64,000 bases of DNA, from assembly GCA_965205485.1 (NCBI GenBank), contig OZ242180.1, forward strand, positions 2,304,001-2,368,000. The letters run 5' to 3'. Under the pieces are notes generated by a model. It was not told where the DNA came from. It did not search any database and saw nothing but the letters and a program-made list of their open reading frames with translations. Below, one piece after another: positions 18,537-26,710 of the stretch. This DNA comes from Candidatus Latescibacterota bacterium (lineage in GTDB: Bacteria; Latescibacterota; UBA2968; GCA-2709665). The position numbers and the translations under genes are program-made. Within the stretch, counting starts at the first letter, position 1, and every line of letters starts with the position of its first letter.

Positions 18537-19349
18537 ATGTCACATCCAATATTCGACATGACGGACCGTGTCGCCCTGGTGACGGGCGCGGCCAGCGGGA
18601 TGGGCAAGGCAATGGCCGTGGGCTTCGCGGAGGCCGGGGCAGATCTCATGCTGGCCGACGTCAACGAACCCGGCGCACAGGAAACCGCGCACGAGATCGA
18701 ATCGCTGGGTCGGCGCGCCGTTCCGGTGCGGTGCGACGTTTCCGACGTCGAACAGGTCCGCGGAATGTTTTCGCGGCTGGACCGCGAATTCGGCCGGATC
18801 GACGTTCTGGGCAACGTCGCCGGCGGAACCATGCTGGGCAAACCCGAGGACCTCTCCCTGGATCGGCTCCAGGAGAGCCTGCAGTCTCTGGTCATCGCAC
18901 GCTTCTGCAGCTGCCAGGAGGGAGGCAGGCGCATGCTCGCCGCGGGCAAGGGCAGCATCATCAACATCGGTTCTCTCGCAAGCCTCACCGCGATCGGGCG
19001 GGGCCACGTCGCCTACAGCATCGGGATGGGCGCCGTCGCCCAGATGACCCGGGAACTCAGCACGGAATGGAGCAGCCGCGGCGTGCGCGTGAATGCGATT
19101 CTGCCCGCCCAGGTTATGAACCCTTTCTTGGAAAAACGACTGCGGGCCGAACCTCGCATGGCCGATACGTGGCTGGGCGGCATTCCGGCCGGCCGGTTCG
19201 GCGAGCCGAAAGACATCGTGGGCGTTGCCATCTTCCTGGCGTCCGACGCGTCGGCGTGGGTCACCGGCGTGATGTTGCCCATGGACGGCGGCAATCTCGC
19301 GATGAACGCCGGCGGCACCTATCCCGGAGGCCCGATCGTCAGCGGGTAA
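18537..19349 (+). CDS. SDR family oxidoreductase
   Basis: TGAASGMG, NVAG, IINIGS, VRVNAILP; YSIGM in place of canonical YxxxK. Confidence 0.88.
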   Translation: MSHPIFDMTDRVALVTGAASGMGKAMAVGFAEAGADLMLADVNEPGAQETAHEIESLGRRAVPVRCDVSDVEQVRGMFSRLDREFGRIDVLGNVAGGTMLGKPEDLSLDRLQESLQSLVIARFCSCQEGGRRMLAAGKGSIINIGSLASLTAIGRGHVAYSIGMGAVAQMTRELSTEWSSRGVRVNAILPAQVMNPFLEKRLRAEPRMADTWLGGIPAGRFGEPKDIVGVAIFLASDASAWVTGVMLPMDGGNLAMNAGGTYPGGPIVSG

Positions 19350-19381
19350 CCACGATTCGAAAAAAGACAACCGTTAATTTA

Positions 19382-19409
19382 CCACAAAAAGCACAAAAGG
19401 CACAGAAGG
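19382..19409. repeat. Nonamer triplet repeat (CCACAAAAA GCACAAAAG GCACAGAAG)
   Basis: An inverted copy occurs at 50604-50630. Confidence 0.7.
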
Positions 19410-19419
19410 TGACGGCATC

Positions 19420-20409
19420 ATGCCGGAAAATCTCGAAAACGAACGCGTCCTGTCCCTCTACCGCCAGATGCTCACGATCCGGCGCACCGAGGAGCAGATT
19501 GCCAGGTCGTACCAGGCCGGACTCATCCCGGGGGCCTGCCACACGTACGTCGGAGAAGAAGCCATCGCGGCGGGCGTCTGCGCGCACCTGCGCGGGGAAG
19601 ACACGATCTTCAGCACCCATCGGGGCCACGGCCATGCGCTCGCCAAGGGCGTACCCATACGCGAACTCATCGCTGAACTCTTCGGCAAGTCCACGGGGTG
19701 CGCGCGGGGGCGGGGCGGCAGCATGCACCTGTTCTCCCCCGAAATCGGGCTGATGGGCACCAGCGGAATCGTGGGCCCTTGCATCCTTCAGGCCGCCGGC
19801 GCCGCCTATACGTTCAAATTGCTCGAATCGGACCGCGTCAGCGTGGCCTTCTTCGGCGACGGAGGCGTCAACAACGGCGCTTTTCACGAGGGCCTGAACA
19901 TGGCCGCGATCTGGCAACTGCCTGTGGTCTTCGTCCTGGAAGACAACCGGTACGCCACCGAAGTGGCCTTCGAGTACGCCACTCGCAATACGGATGTCGC
20001 ACAGCGCGCGGAAGGCTATGGCGTAACCGGCGTTCAGGTGGATGGAAACGACGTCCTCAACGTCTACAAAAAAGCCGGCGACGCCGTCGTTCGCGCCCGC
20101 AAAGGCGGCGGCCCCACGCTGCTGGACTGCAAGACCTACCGCACGCGTCCCCACGCGGAGGGGATGCGGGATACCGGTTACCGGACGCAGGAAGAACTCG
20201 AGACCTGGAAGGCCAGGGACCCCATCGAATTGCTGGCCGGAAAACTGCAGGAAGAGGGCATCGCAGACCGGGAGACCCTCGACCGGATCGAAAACGATGT
20301 CAGGGCCGCCGTCGAAGAGGGCGTCGAGTTCGCCAGGAAGAGCCCGTGGCCGGATCCGGTCTCGGTAGCGGACCACGTCTTCAGCGGACAGGATGCAACC
20401 CATGCGTGA
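19420..20409 (+). CDS. TPP-dependent 2-oxoacid/acetoin dehydrogenase E1 alpha
   Basis: STHRGHGH, GRGGSMH, GDG...EDN TPP-binding motif. Confidence 0.93.
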   Translation: MPENLENERVLSLYRQMLTIRRTEEQIARSYQAGLIPGACHTYVGEEAIAAGVCAHLRGEDTIFSTHRGHGHALAKGVPIRELIAELFGKSTGCARGRGGSMHLFSPEIGLMGTSGIVGPCILQAAGAAYTFKLLESDRVSVAFFGDGGVNNGAFHEGLNMAAIWQLPVVFVLEDNRYATEVAFEYATRNTDVAQRAEGYGVTGVQVDGNDVLNVYKKAGDAVVRARKGGGPTLLDCKTYRTRPHAEGMRDTGYRTQEELETWKARDPIELLAGKLQEEGIADRETLDRIENDVRAAVEEGVEFARKSPWPDPVSVADHVFSGQDATHA

Positions 20410-21379
20410 AATCACGTTTACGGAAGCCGCGCGAGAAGCCCTGTCCGATGCCATGGCGGCGGACCCGACCGTCTTCGTGGTAGGCGAGGGCGTGGGCGAA
20501 CGCGGTGGCAACTTCAACACCACCACCGGGCTTTACGAGCGCTACGGTCCGATGCGCGTATGCGACACCCCGATCTGCGAGCGGGGCTTCATCGGACTCT
20601 GCACCGGCGCGGCCATGGCAGGCGCGCGGCCCGTGGTGGACTTCATGTTCATCGACTTCATCCTGGACGGCTTCGGCGAGATGGTCAACCAGATCGCCAA
20701 GATGCAGTACATGAGCAGCGGCCGCCTGTCCATGCCCGTTGTGCTGCGAGGCTGCGTCGGTATCGGTGGCGCCGCCGCCACCCACCATTCGGGGAATTAC
20801 TATCCCGTTTTCGCGCATCTGCCTGGCTTCCGCGTGGCCCTGCCCGCCACGCCTTACGACGCCAAGGGCCTGTTCAAAACCGCTTTGGAAGGCGATGATC
20901 CCGTTCTCTTCCTCGAACACAAATCCATCCTCAACCATCGTGGTCCGGTACCCGATACGCCGTACGCCATTCCATTCGGGAAGGCCGAGGTCCGCCGCGA
21001 GGGCGACGACGTCACGGTTGTCGCGCTGGCAAATATGGTTCCCCTGACGTGGAAACTCTGCGACGAACTCGCGGGGGACGGCATCTCCGTCGAACTCATC
21101 GACCCGCGCACCGTGGCGCCGCTGGATATGGCTACCATACTGGAATCCGTACACAAGACGGGCCGCCTGCTCATCGTCGACGAGGCCTTCGGCCCGTGCG
21201 GGATCGGCGCTGAAATCGCCGCTCAGGTCCAGAGCCTGGCGTTTGACGATCTGGACGCACCGGTAAGCCGCCTCAACGGCGCGCATGTCCCCACGCCGTA
21301 CAGCGCCCCGCTCGAAGCTGCCTGCCTGCCGCAGCCGGATACCGTTTCACAGGCCATCCGCGACCTGATGGAGGAATAG
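20402..21379 (+). CDS. 2-oxoacid/acetoin dehydrogenase E1 beta
   Basis: DTPICE, GARPVVDFMF, DAKGL, DDPVLFLEHK, IDPRTVAPLD. Confidence 0.93.
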   Translation: MREITFTEAAREALSDAMAADPTVFVVGEGVGERGGNFNTTTGLYERYGPMRVCDTPICERGFIGLCTGAAMAGARPVVDFMFIDFILDGFGEMVNQIAKMQYMSSGRLSMPVVLRGCVGIGGAAATHHSGNYYPVFAHLPGFRVALPATPYDAKGLFKTALEGDDPVLFLEHKSILNHRGPVPDTPYAIPFGKAEVRREGDDVTVVALANMVPLTWKLCDELAGDGISVELIDPRTVAPLDMATILESVHKTGRLLIVDEAFGPCGIGAEIAAQVQSLAFDDLDAPVSRLNGAHVPTPYSAPLEAACLPQPDTVSQAIRDLMEE

Positions 21380-21526
21380 CAGCCCGTTGATAAAGTCCAT
21401 CCGGGCTACGGCCGTCCCTTGCGGTCGATATTCCGCGTTGCGCTCCCTCGCCGAATCGATGGATGGGACTCCGTCGCGCGCCTTGTCTTCGGCCTCGCCT
21501 ACAGAGCGATTTTATCAGCGGACTTA
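21379..21526. mobile_element. MITE family A, copy 2 (148 bp)
   Basis: GCAGCCCGTTGATAAAG...TTTTATCAGCGGACTTA flanked by TA/TA; body shared with 12283-12439. Confidence 0.75.
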
Positions 21527-21556
21527 TAGGCGCGGCGCTTAACGAGGATGATCTCC

Positions 21557-22717
21557 ATGGCCACAGAAATCGTCATGCCCCGCCTGGGATGGACCATGGA
21601 GGAAGGCACCCTGGTCGAATGGCTCAAGCAGAACGGGGATCAGGTTCAGGCCGGGGACATCATCTTCACGGTTGAAAGCGACAAAGCGATCAACGAAGTC
21701 GAATCCTTCGACAGCGGAACCCTGTATATACCGCCCGATGCGCCTCAACCCGGAGACACGCTGCCGATCGGCGCGGTTCTGGGCTTCCTGCTGGGTCCCG
21801 GTGAAGGTCCTCCCGCTGCCACTCCCGCCCCGCCGGCGGTGGATAAGGAAGCGGAATCAAGCCCGCAACGGGCCGCCCCTTCCCGGCCTCCAGCGGATCG
21901 ACCGAAAGGACGAAGGAGCCGGTCCGCGATCAGCCCGCGGGCGCTTCGCCTGGCGACGGAACTGGGTGTCGAATGGAGCACGTTGAAAGGCAGCGGTCGG
22001 AACGGTCGTATTGTCGAACGGGACGTCCGTGAAGCGACGCCGCCCAGTTCCGCTGACAAAGCCGCAAGCGCCACTCGCCGGACCATCGCGCGGCGAATGA
22101 CCGAGAGTCACGCCGAGACCGCGCCCGTAACGCTTACCACGGAAGCCGACGCGACGGATTTCGCGGCATTGCGCGCGGAACTCGACATTTCCCACCTCAC
22201 ATATAACGACCTTTTCCTGAAGCTGACGGCCGTCGCCCTGGTCGAACATCCGGACCTGAACGCCTCGTGGCGGGACGGGTCTGTCCACAGGCACGACGCG
22301 ATCCACGTCGGTATCGCCGTGGATACCCACGGCGGCCTCTTGGTACCAGTCATCAAGAATGCCGGCGCCAGGGACCTGCCCGATCTCGCCATAGAGACCG
22401 CCGACCTGGTTCAGAAAGCCAGGCAGGGAGACCTCGAACCCGAACACCTTCAAGGGGGTACGTTTACGATTACGAACCTCGGCGCGTACGGTATCGACGT
22501 CTTTACGCCCATTGTCAACCTGCCTCAGTGCGCCATTCTGGGCATCGGCCGGATTGTCGCGAAACCGGCGGTATACCAGGGCCGGGTCGTGCCCAGGGAC
22601 ATGGTCTCCCTGAGTCTCACTTTCGACCACCGCATCGTCGACGGCGGTCCTGCCGCCCGGTTCCTGGACACGATCCGCAGATACGTCGAACGTCCCGATC
22701 TCTGGCACGCCCGCTAG
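21557..22717 (+). CDS. Dihydrolipoamide acyltransferase E2
   Basis: Lipoyl domain VESDKA, E3-binding ISPRA...GSGRNGRI, catalytic DHRIVDG. Confidence 0.93.
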   Translation: MATEIVMPRLGWTMEEGTLVEWLKQNGDQVQAGDIIFTVESDKAINEVESFDSGTLYIPPDAPQPGDTLPIGAVLGFLLGPGEGPPAATPAPPAVDKEAESSPQRAAPSRPPADRPKGRRSRSAISPRALRLATELGVEWSTLKGSGRNGRIVERDVREATPPSSADKAASATRRTIARRMTESHAETAPVTLTTEADATDFAALRAELDISHLTYNDLFLKLTAVALVEHPDLNASWRDGSVHRHDAIHVGIAVDTHGGLLVPVIKNAGARDLPDLAIETADLVQKARQGDLEPEHLQGGTFTITNLGAYGIDVFTPIVNLPQCAILGIGRIVAKPAVYQGRVVPRDMVSLSLTFDHRIVDGGPAARFLDTIRRYVERPDLWHAR

Positions 22718-22825
22718 CGACGGACAGCGGCACGGAGAGCCGACCTGTCCGAAAACGCTCGAATCGACCGAGGCTTGTCTCACCCGCTTACAACGTCGTG
22801 GCCCCGCACTTTGATGCCGATTCCA

Positions 22826-23317
22826 ATGCAAACCCTTAGTTTTCCGCGTCAGTACGAATTCGATATCCGCGCCAGCGGCGAACGAAGGACCATTTTCGAT
22901 CCGCTTCGCCGGAAACACGTGCGTCTTACGCCCGAGGAATGGGTCCGCCAGAACCTGATACAGCACCTTATCCAGGACCTGGGTTATCCGGCGGGTCGAA
23001 CCGCGGTCGAATCGGCTTTCGCGTATGGCGGAATGCAGCACCGCGCCGACGTTATCGTCTACAACGGCAGGGGAGAACCCGTTCTCATGGCCGAATGCAA
23101 GGCGCCCGACGTCAAGATCAAACAGCAGGCGTTCGATCAGATCGCGCGCTACAATACGTCCGTCGGTTCGGATTACCTGGTCGTCACCAACGGAATCACC
23201 CACTATTGCTACGCCCTTGACCGCGAGGAACGGAGCTACCGGTTCCTGCACAGTCTGCCGCGATACGAGGAATTAAAGGCATCAGTGAATCCAAACCGAA
23301 GGGGAGAACGAACGTGA
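22826..23317 (+). CDS. Stand-alone type I restriction HsdR N-terminal (PD-(D/E)xK) domain protein
   Basis: LTPEEWVRQ, RADVIVY, ECKAP, FDQIARYN, VTNG. Confidence 0.85.
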   Translation: MQTLSFPRQYEFDIRASGERRTIFDPLRRKHVRLTPEEWVRQNLIQHLIQDLGYPAGRTAVESAFAYGGMQHRADVIVYNGRGEPVLMAECKAPDVKIKQQAFDQIARYNTSVGSDYLVVTNGITHYCYALDREERSYRFLHSLPRYEELKASVNPNRRGERT

Positions 23318-23721
23318 CGACTGACGAGACGATCGATGCATTTCTGCAGACCGGCCCCTATGCCGTCGTCGGCGCGTCGAAGGACCGCGCCAAATACGGC
23401 AACAAGGTCCTTCGATGTTATCTGCAGCACGGTCTGAAAGCGTACCCGATCAATCCGGGTTCGGCGGAAGTCGAAGGTCAAAAGGCCTATCCCGATCTCG
23501 CGGCGCTTCCGGAACCGGTCGAGCGCATTTCCGTGATCACACCGCCCGAGGTTACCGAAGGGATCGTCACGGAAGCAGCGGGCGCAGGAGTCCAATTCAT
23601 CTGGATGCAACCCGGCGCGGAAAGCCGGAAGGCCGTTGAAGATGCTCAGGAGGCCGGCATCGCGGTCGTATCGGGCGGCCCGTGCCTTCTGGTTGTCCTG
23701 GGTTACTCGGAAAGGGATTGA
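23314..23721 (+). CDS. CoA-binding protein (YccU family)
   Basis: AVVGAS...KYG, YPINP, IWMQPGAES. Confidence 0.9.
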   Translation: MTTDETIDAFLQTGPYAVVGASKDRAKYGNKVLRCYLQHGLKAYPINPGSAEVEGQKAYPDLAALPEPVERISVITPPEVTEGIVTEAAGAGVQFIWMQPGAESRKAVEDAQEAGIAVVSGGPCLLVVLGYSERD

Positions 23722-23769
23722 CCTCGGTTTGAAGAAGCAACCATTGAATTGGCCACAAAGAGCTTGAAC

Positions 23770-23893
23770 GAGGGTAGACGGTAGAGGTGAGACGGGAGAA
23801 GAAATCCTTGCCCGGTATTTTTTCTTCTTGCCTTCGGCACGAAAAGAGTCCTCACAAGGCAGGTAATCTCTACCCTCTTCCGTCTCACGTCTC
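23770..23893. repeat. Inverted pair of degenerate heptamer arrays
   Basis: GGTAGAC GGTAGAG GTGAGAC GGGAGA ... TCTCTAC CCTCTTC CGTCTCA CGTCTC. Confidence 0.55.
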
Positions 23894-24039
23894 CCTGCTT
23901 CCGGGTCGCCGGGAGGGAAGTCCCGTTGACGCCCAGTGACCTGGCGTATCCTGGTATTCGGTAGTTTAATCGCCTTTATCAACTTGCACACATTCGATTT
24001 AATGTTGACGAAAAACTACGAATCAAGGATCGAAGCACG

Positions 24040-25050
24040 ATGGAAATGCGCCGGATCCAATTCGACACGATGGTAACGGAACTAAAACGCGTTTTGCACA
24101 ACATCGGCTTTGCGACGGAACGCGCCGAACGTCTGGCGCAGACCTTCGCCGAAACCACGCGCGACGGCGTCTATTCCCACGGCGTCAACCGGTTCCCGTC
24201 GTTCGCCGGGCAGGCCCGTTCGGGAGACGGCATGGACCTCCACGCCGAGCCCGAACGAGCGGGTGCCGTCGGTGTCCTCGAGCAATGGGACGGTAAACTG
24301 GGCCCCGGAATCCTCAATGCATGCGCCAGTATGGACCGCGCGGTCGACATCGCTAAAGAACAGGGAATGGGCTGCGTGGCCCTCAGAAACACCAACCACT
24401 GGATGCGGGCAGGAACCTACGGTCTGAGGGCCGCGGATGCGGGCTGTATCGGTATCTGCTGGACGAATACCACCCAGCTCATCCCCCCGTTCGGTTCGTC
24501 CGACCGGAAGGTGGGCAACAATCCCCTCGTCTTCTGCATACCCCGTCCGGGAGGCCGTCATTTTCTGCTGGATATGGCGATGAGCCAGTACTCCCATGGG
24601 AAACTGGACGTGTACCGCGTCGCCAACCGCCGGCTTCCGGTCCCCGGGGGTTACGACGACCGCGGAAACCTTTCGTACGACGCCGGCGCCATACAGGCCG
24701 CCCGCCGTCCGCTGCCCATCGGCCACTGGAAGGGGATCGGACTCGCGATGTCGCTGGACCTGGTTGCCTCGCTGCTGTCGGGGGGCCGTTCAACGTACCA
24801 GATCGCCCAGGAGGAGGCCGAATACGGCGTTTCCCAGGTCTTCATTGCCATACATGCCGACGCTGTCGCCGGAGACCGGATGCGGGACCTGGTGGACCAG
24901 ACCCTCGCCGACTTTCGCGCCGCCGAAACTCTCGAAGGCTGCGAGCCCGTGTCCTATCCCGGGGAGCGCATGTTCCGGACCCGTGAGGAGAACCTGGCGC
25001 TGGGCATCCCGGTCGAAGCGGACCGCTGGCGGGAAATCCTGGCGTTGTAA
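24040..25050 (+). CDS. yiaK: 3-dehydro-L-gulonate 2-dehydrogenase (2,3-diketo-L-gulonate reductase, Ldh_2 family)
   Basis: DGVYSHGVNRFP, LRNTNHWMR.GTYG, GNNPL, DMAMSQYS, LPIGHWKG. Confidence 0.88.
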   Translation: MEMRRIQFDTMVTELKRVLHNIGFATERAERLAQTFAETTRDGVYSHGVNRFPSFAGQARSGDGMDLHAEPERAGAVGVLEQWDGKLGPGILNACASMDRAVDIAKEQGMGCVALRNTNHWMRAGTYGLRAADAGCIGICWTNTTQLIPPFGSSDRKVGNNPLVFCIPRPGGRHFLLDMAMSQYSHGKLDVYRVANRRLPVPGGYDDRGNLSYDAGAIQAARRPLPIGHWKGIGLAMSLDLVASLLSGGRSTYQIAQEEAEYGVSQVFIAIHADAVAGDRMRDLVDQTLADFRAAETLEGCEPVSYPGERMFRTREENLALGIPVEADRWREILAL

Positions 25051-25079
25051 GTCAAATCCGATAGAGGAAGGGAGAAAAA

Positions 25080-25448
25080 ATGAGCGAGTTGAAGATGAAA
25101 ACCGCCGCAATGCCGGAAAATCTGCCCGACATGCCCATCGATCCCGACTGGATTCAGGAAGGCGAACCCACGGCACGCGGCGCCATCGTTACGCAAAGCG
25201 CGGACAAGAGGGTGTCCGGCGGTTACTGGCAATGCAGCGAAGGCAAATTCGAATGGACTTTCGGATGGGACGAGTTCGCCCACGTCTTCGAGGGTAAGGT
25301 CGCCATCGAAGAGGACGGCGGCGACAGTTACACCCTCGGGCCGGGCGATACGGTTCACTTTCCCGCGGGACTCAAGACCCACTGGCACGTGATGCAACCG
25401 GTAAAGAAGTATTTCGTCATTCGCACCGCCGACCCGTTGGAATTGTAG
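25080..25448 (+). CDS. Cupin_3 (DUF861/EutQ-like) protein
   Basis: GYWQCSEGKFEW, DEFAHVFEG, GPGD..HFPAG. Confidence 0.85.
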   Translation: MSELKMKTAAMPENLPDMPIDPDWIQEGEPTARGAIVTQSADKRVSGGYWQCSEGKFEWTFGWDEFAHVFEGKVAIEEDGGDSYTLGPGDTVHFPAGLKTHWHVMQPVKKYFVIRTADPLEL

Positions 25449-25494
25449 CGCAGGCCGTTCTTTCATCCGCGTTGCGACAGAGAGCCATGGGTTC

Positions 25495-25520
25495 GGGCAG
25501 ACAGGAATGTCCGCCCCACC
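25495..25520 (-). repeat. REP-like palindrome (GTGGGGCGGACATTCCTGTCTGCCC)
   Basis: GGGCAGACA/TGTCCGCCC stem; intergenic. Confidence 0.6.
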
Positions 25521-25577
25521 GCCTCGAGGGATGCGCCAACGGGGGCTTGAGAATATCAAACGAGAGGAATCCCTGTC

Positions 25578-26594
25578 GTGTCAGATGTGATTCGCACCGG
25601 GATCATCCGTTGCGACATGCATGGCATGTGGTTCGGCGCACAGATGGACGAGCACGATCCATTGCGATTGAGGGAACCCATGCCCGTCGAAGACGACATG
25701 TCCTATACCTGGCAGCGCGGCGGAACGCACTATTTCTACTATACGAAATATAGCGAACCGACCCGGATGACCGCGCCCAGCGTGGACGGATTCCGGATCG
25801 TAAAGGTCTGGGACGAACAGCGTCGCAACGCCGAGATGTTCTCAAACGTCTTCTACGGAAGGCCGGAAGTCTGCGACAGCTTCGAGCGGGTGAGCGATGA
25901 CGTGGATCTGGTGCTGATTGCGAACTGCAACTACGACGGCTCCGATCATCTGGAACTGGCGCGTCCGGGCCTTGAGAAAGGCGTGCCCACCTTCATCGAC
26001 AAACCCTTCGCGCATTGCATCGCCGACGTTCGCGCGATCCTGGAACTCGCGAATGGGAACAACGCCCCGGTCATGTCGCTGTCCATGCTGCAGACGAACC
26101 CGGCGGTGGTGCAGCTGGTCCGCCGCCTGGACGAGGTCGGCCGCGTCACGTTCGGCACCATCACCTGCGCCTCCACGCACCTTGCCGCGCTCATCCACGC
26201 GATTTCAATCGCCCACCACGTGTTCGGGACGGGCATCCGGTCCGTGAGCTGTCTGAAGGCGCCCAACCATACGGTCTATCATCTCCATTACGGCGGCGCG
26301 CCCGGCCGGCCGGAGCACGGTGTGGTCATCAATTGCGGCGTGGCCGACTTCCGCTTTACCGAGATGTTCACCCACGTGTTCGGCCCTGAGGGCGCCATCC
26401 AGGGTCTGGTGCTTAACGACTTCAATGCCTGTGAAGGCTCCGCGATTATCCTCGAACACGTCAAGGAAATGGTGCGCACGGGCCGGCCGCATCCTCTGGG
26501 GGACGACATGGTCGCTGCCGTGGCCGTGGCCGACGCCGTCAGGAAGGCGGAACAGACCGGTGAGAACGTGGAGGTTGAACGGGTGCTTCCGTAA
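25578..26594 (+). CDS. Divergent Gfo/Idh/MocA family oxidoreductase
   Basis: DVDLVLI...HLELARPGLEKGVPTFIDKPFA; GTG start. Confidence 0.75.
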   Translation: MSDVIRTGIIRCDMHGMWFGAQMDEHDPLRLREPMPVEDDMSYTWQRGGTHYFYYTKYSEPTRMTAPSVDGFRIVKVWDEQRRNAEMFSNVFYGRPEVCDSFERVSDDVDLVLIANCNYDGSDHLELARPGLEKGVPTFIDKPFAHCIADVRAILELANGNNAPVMSLSMLQTNPAVVQLVRRLDEVGRVTFGTITCASTHLAALIHAISIAHHVFGTGIRSVSCLKAPNHTVYHLHYGGAPGRPEHGVVINCGVADFRFTEMFTHVFGPEGAIQGLVLNDFNACEGSAIILEHVKEMVRTGRPHPLGDDMVAAVAVADAVRKAEQTGENVEVERVLP

Positions 26595-26616
26595 AGTTCC
26601 TGTATAGGACGGAACG

Positions 26617-26661
26617 AAAAAACACCCCCCTCCGATGTCCTTCAGAGGGGGGTTGTCATTT
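26617..26661. terminator. Intrinsic terminator between convergent genes
   Basis: A-run then CCCCCCTC/GAGGGGGG stem; U-tract on the minus strand. Confidence 0.75.
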
Positions 26662-26710
26662 CGGCCGACGGCTTCGCGGATTGGAAGAATCCGGCGTCAC
26701 TCGCTGCGGT

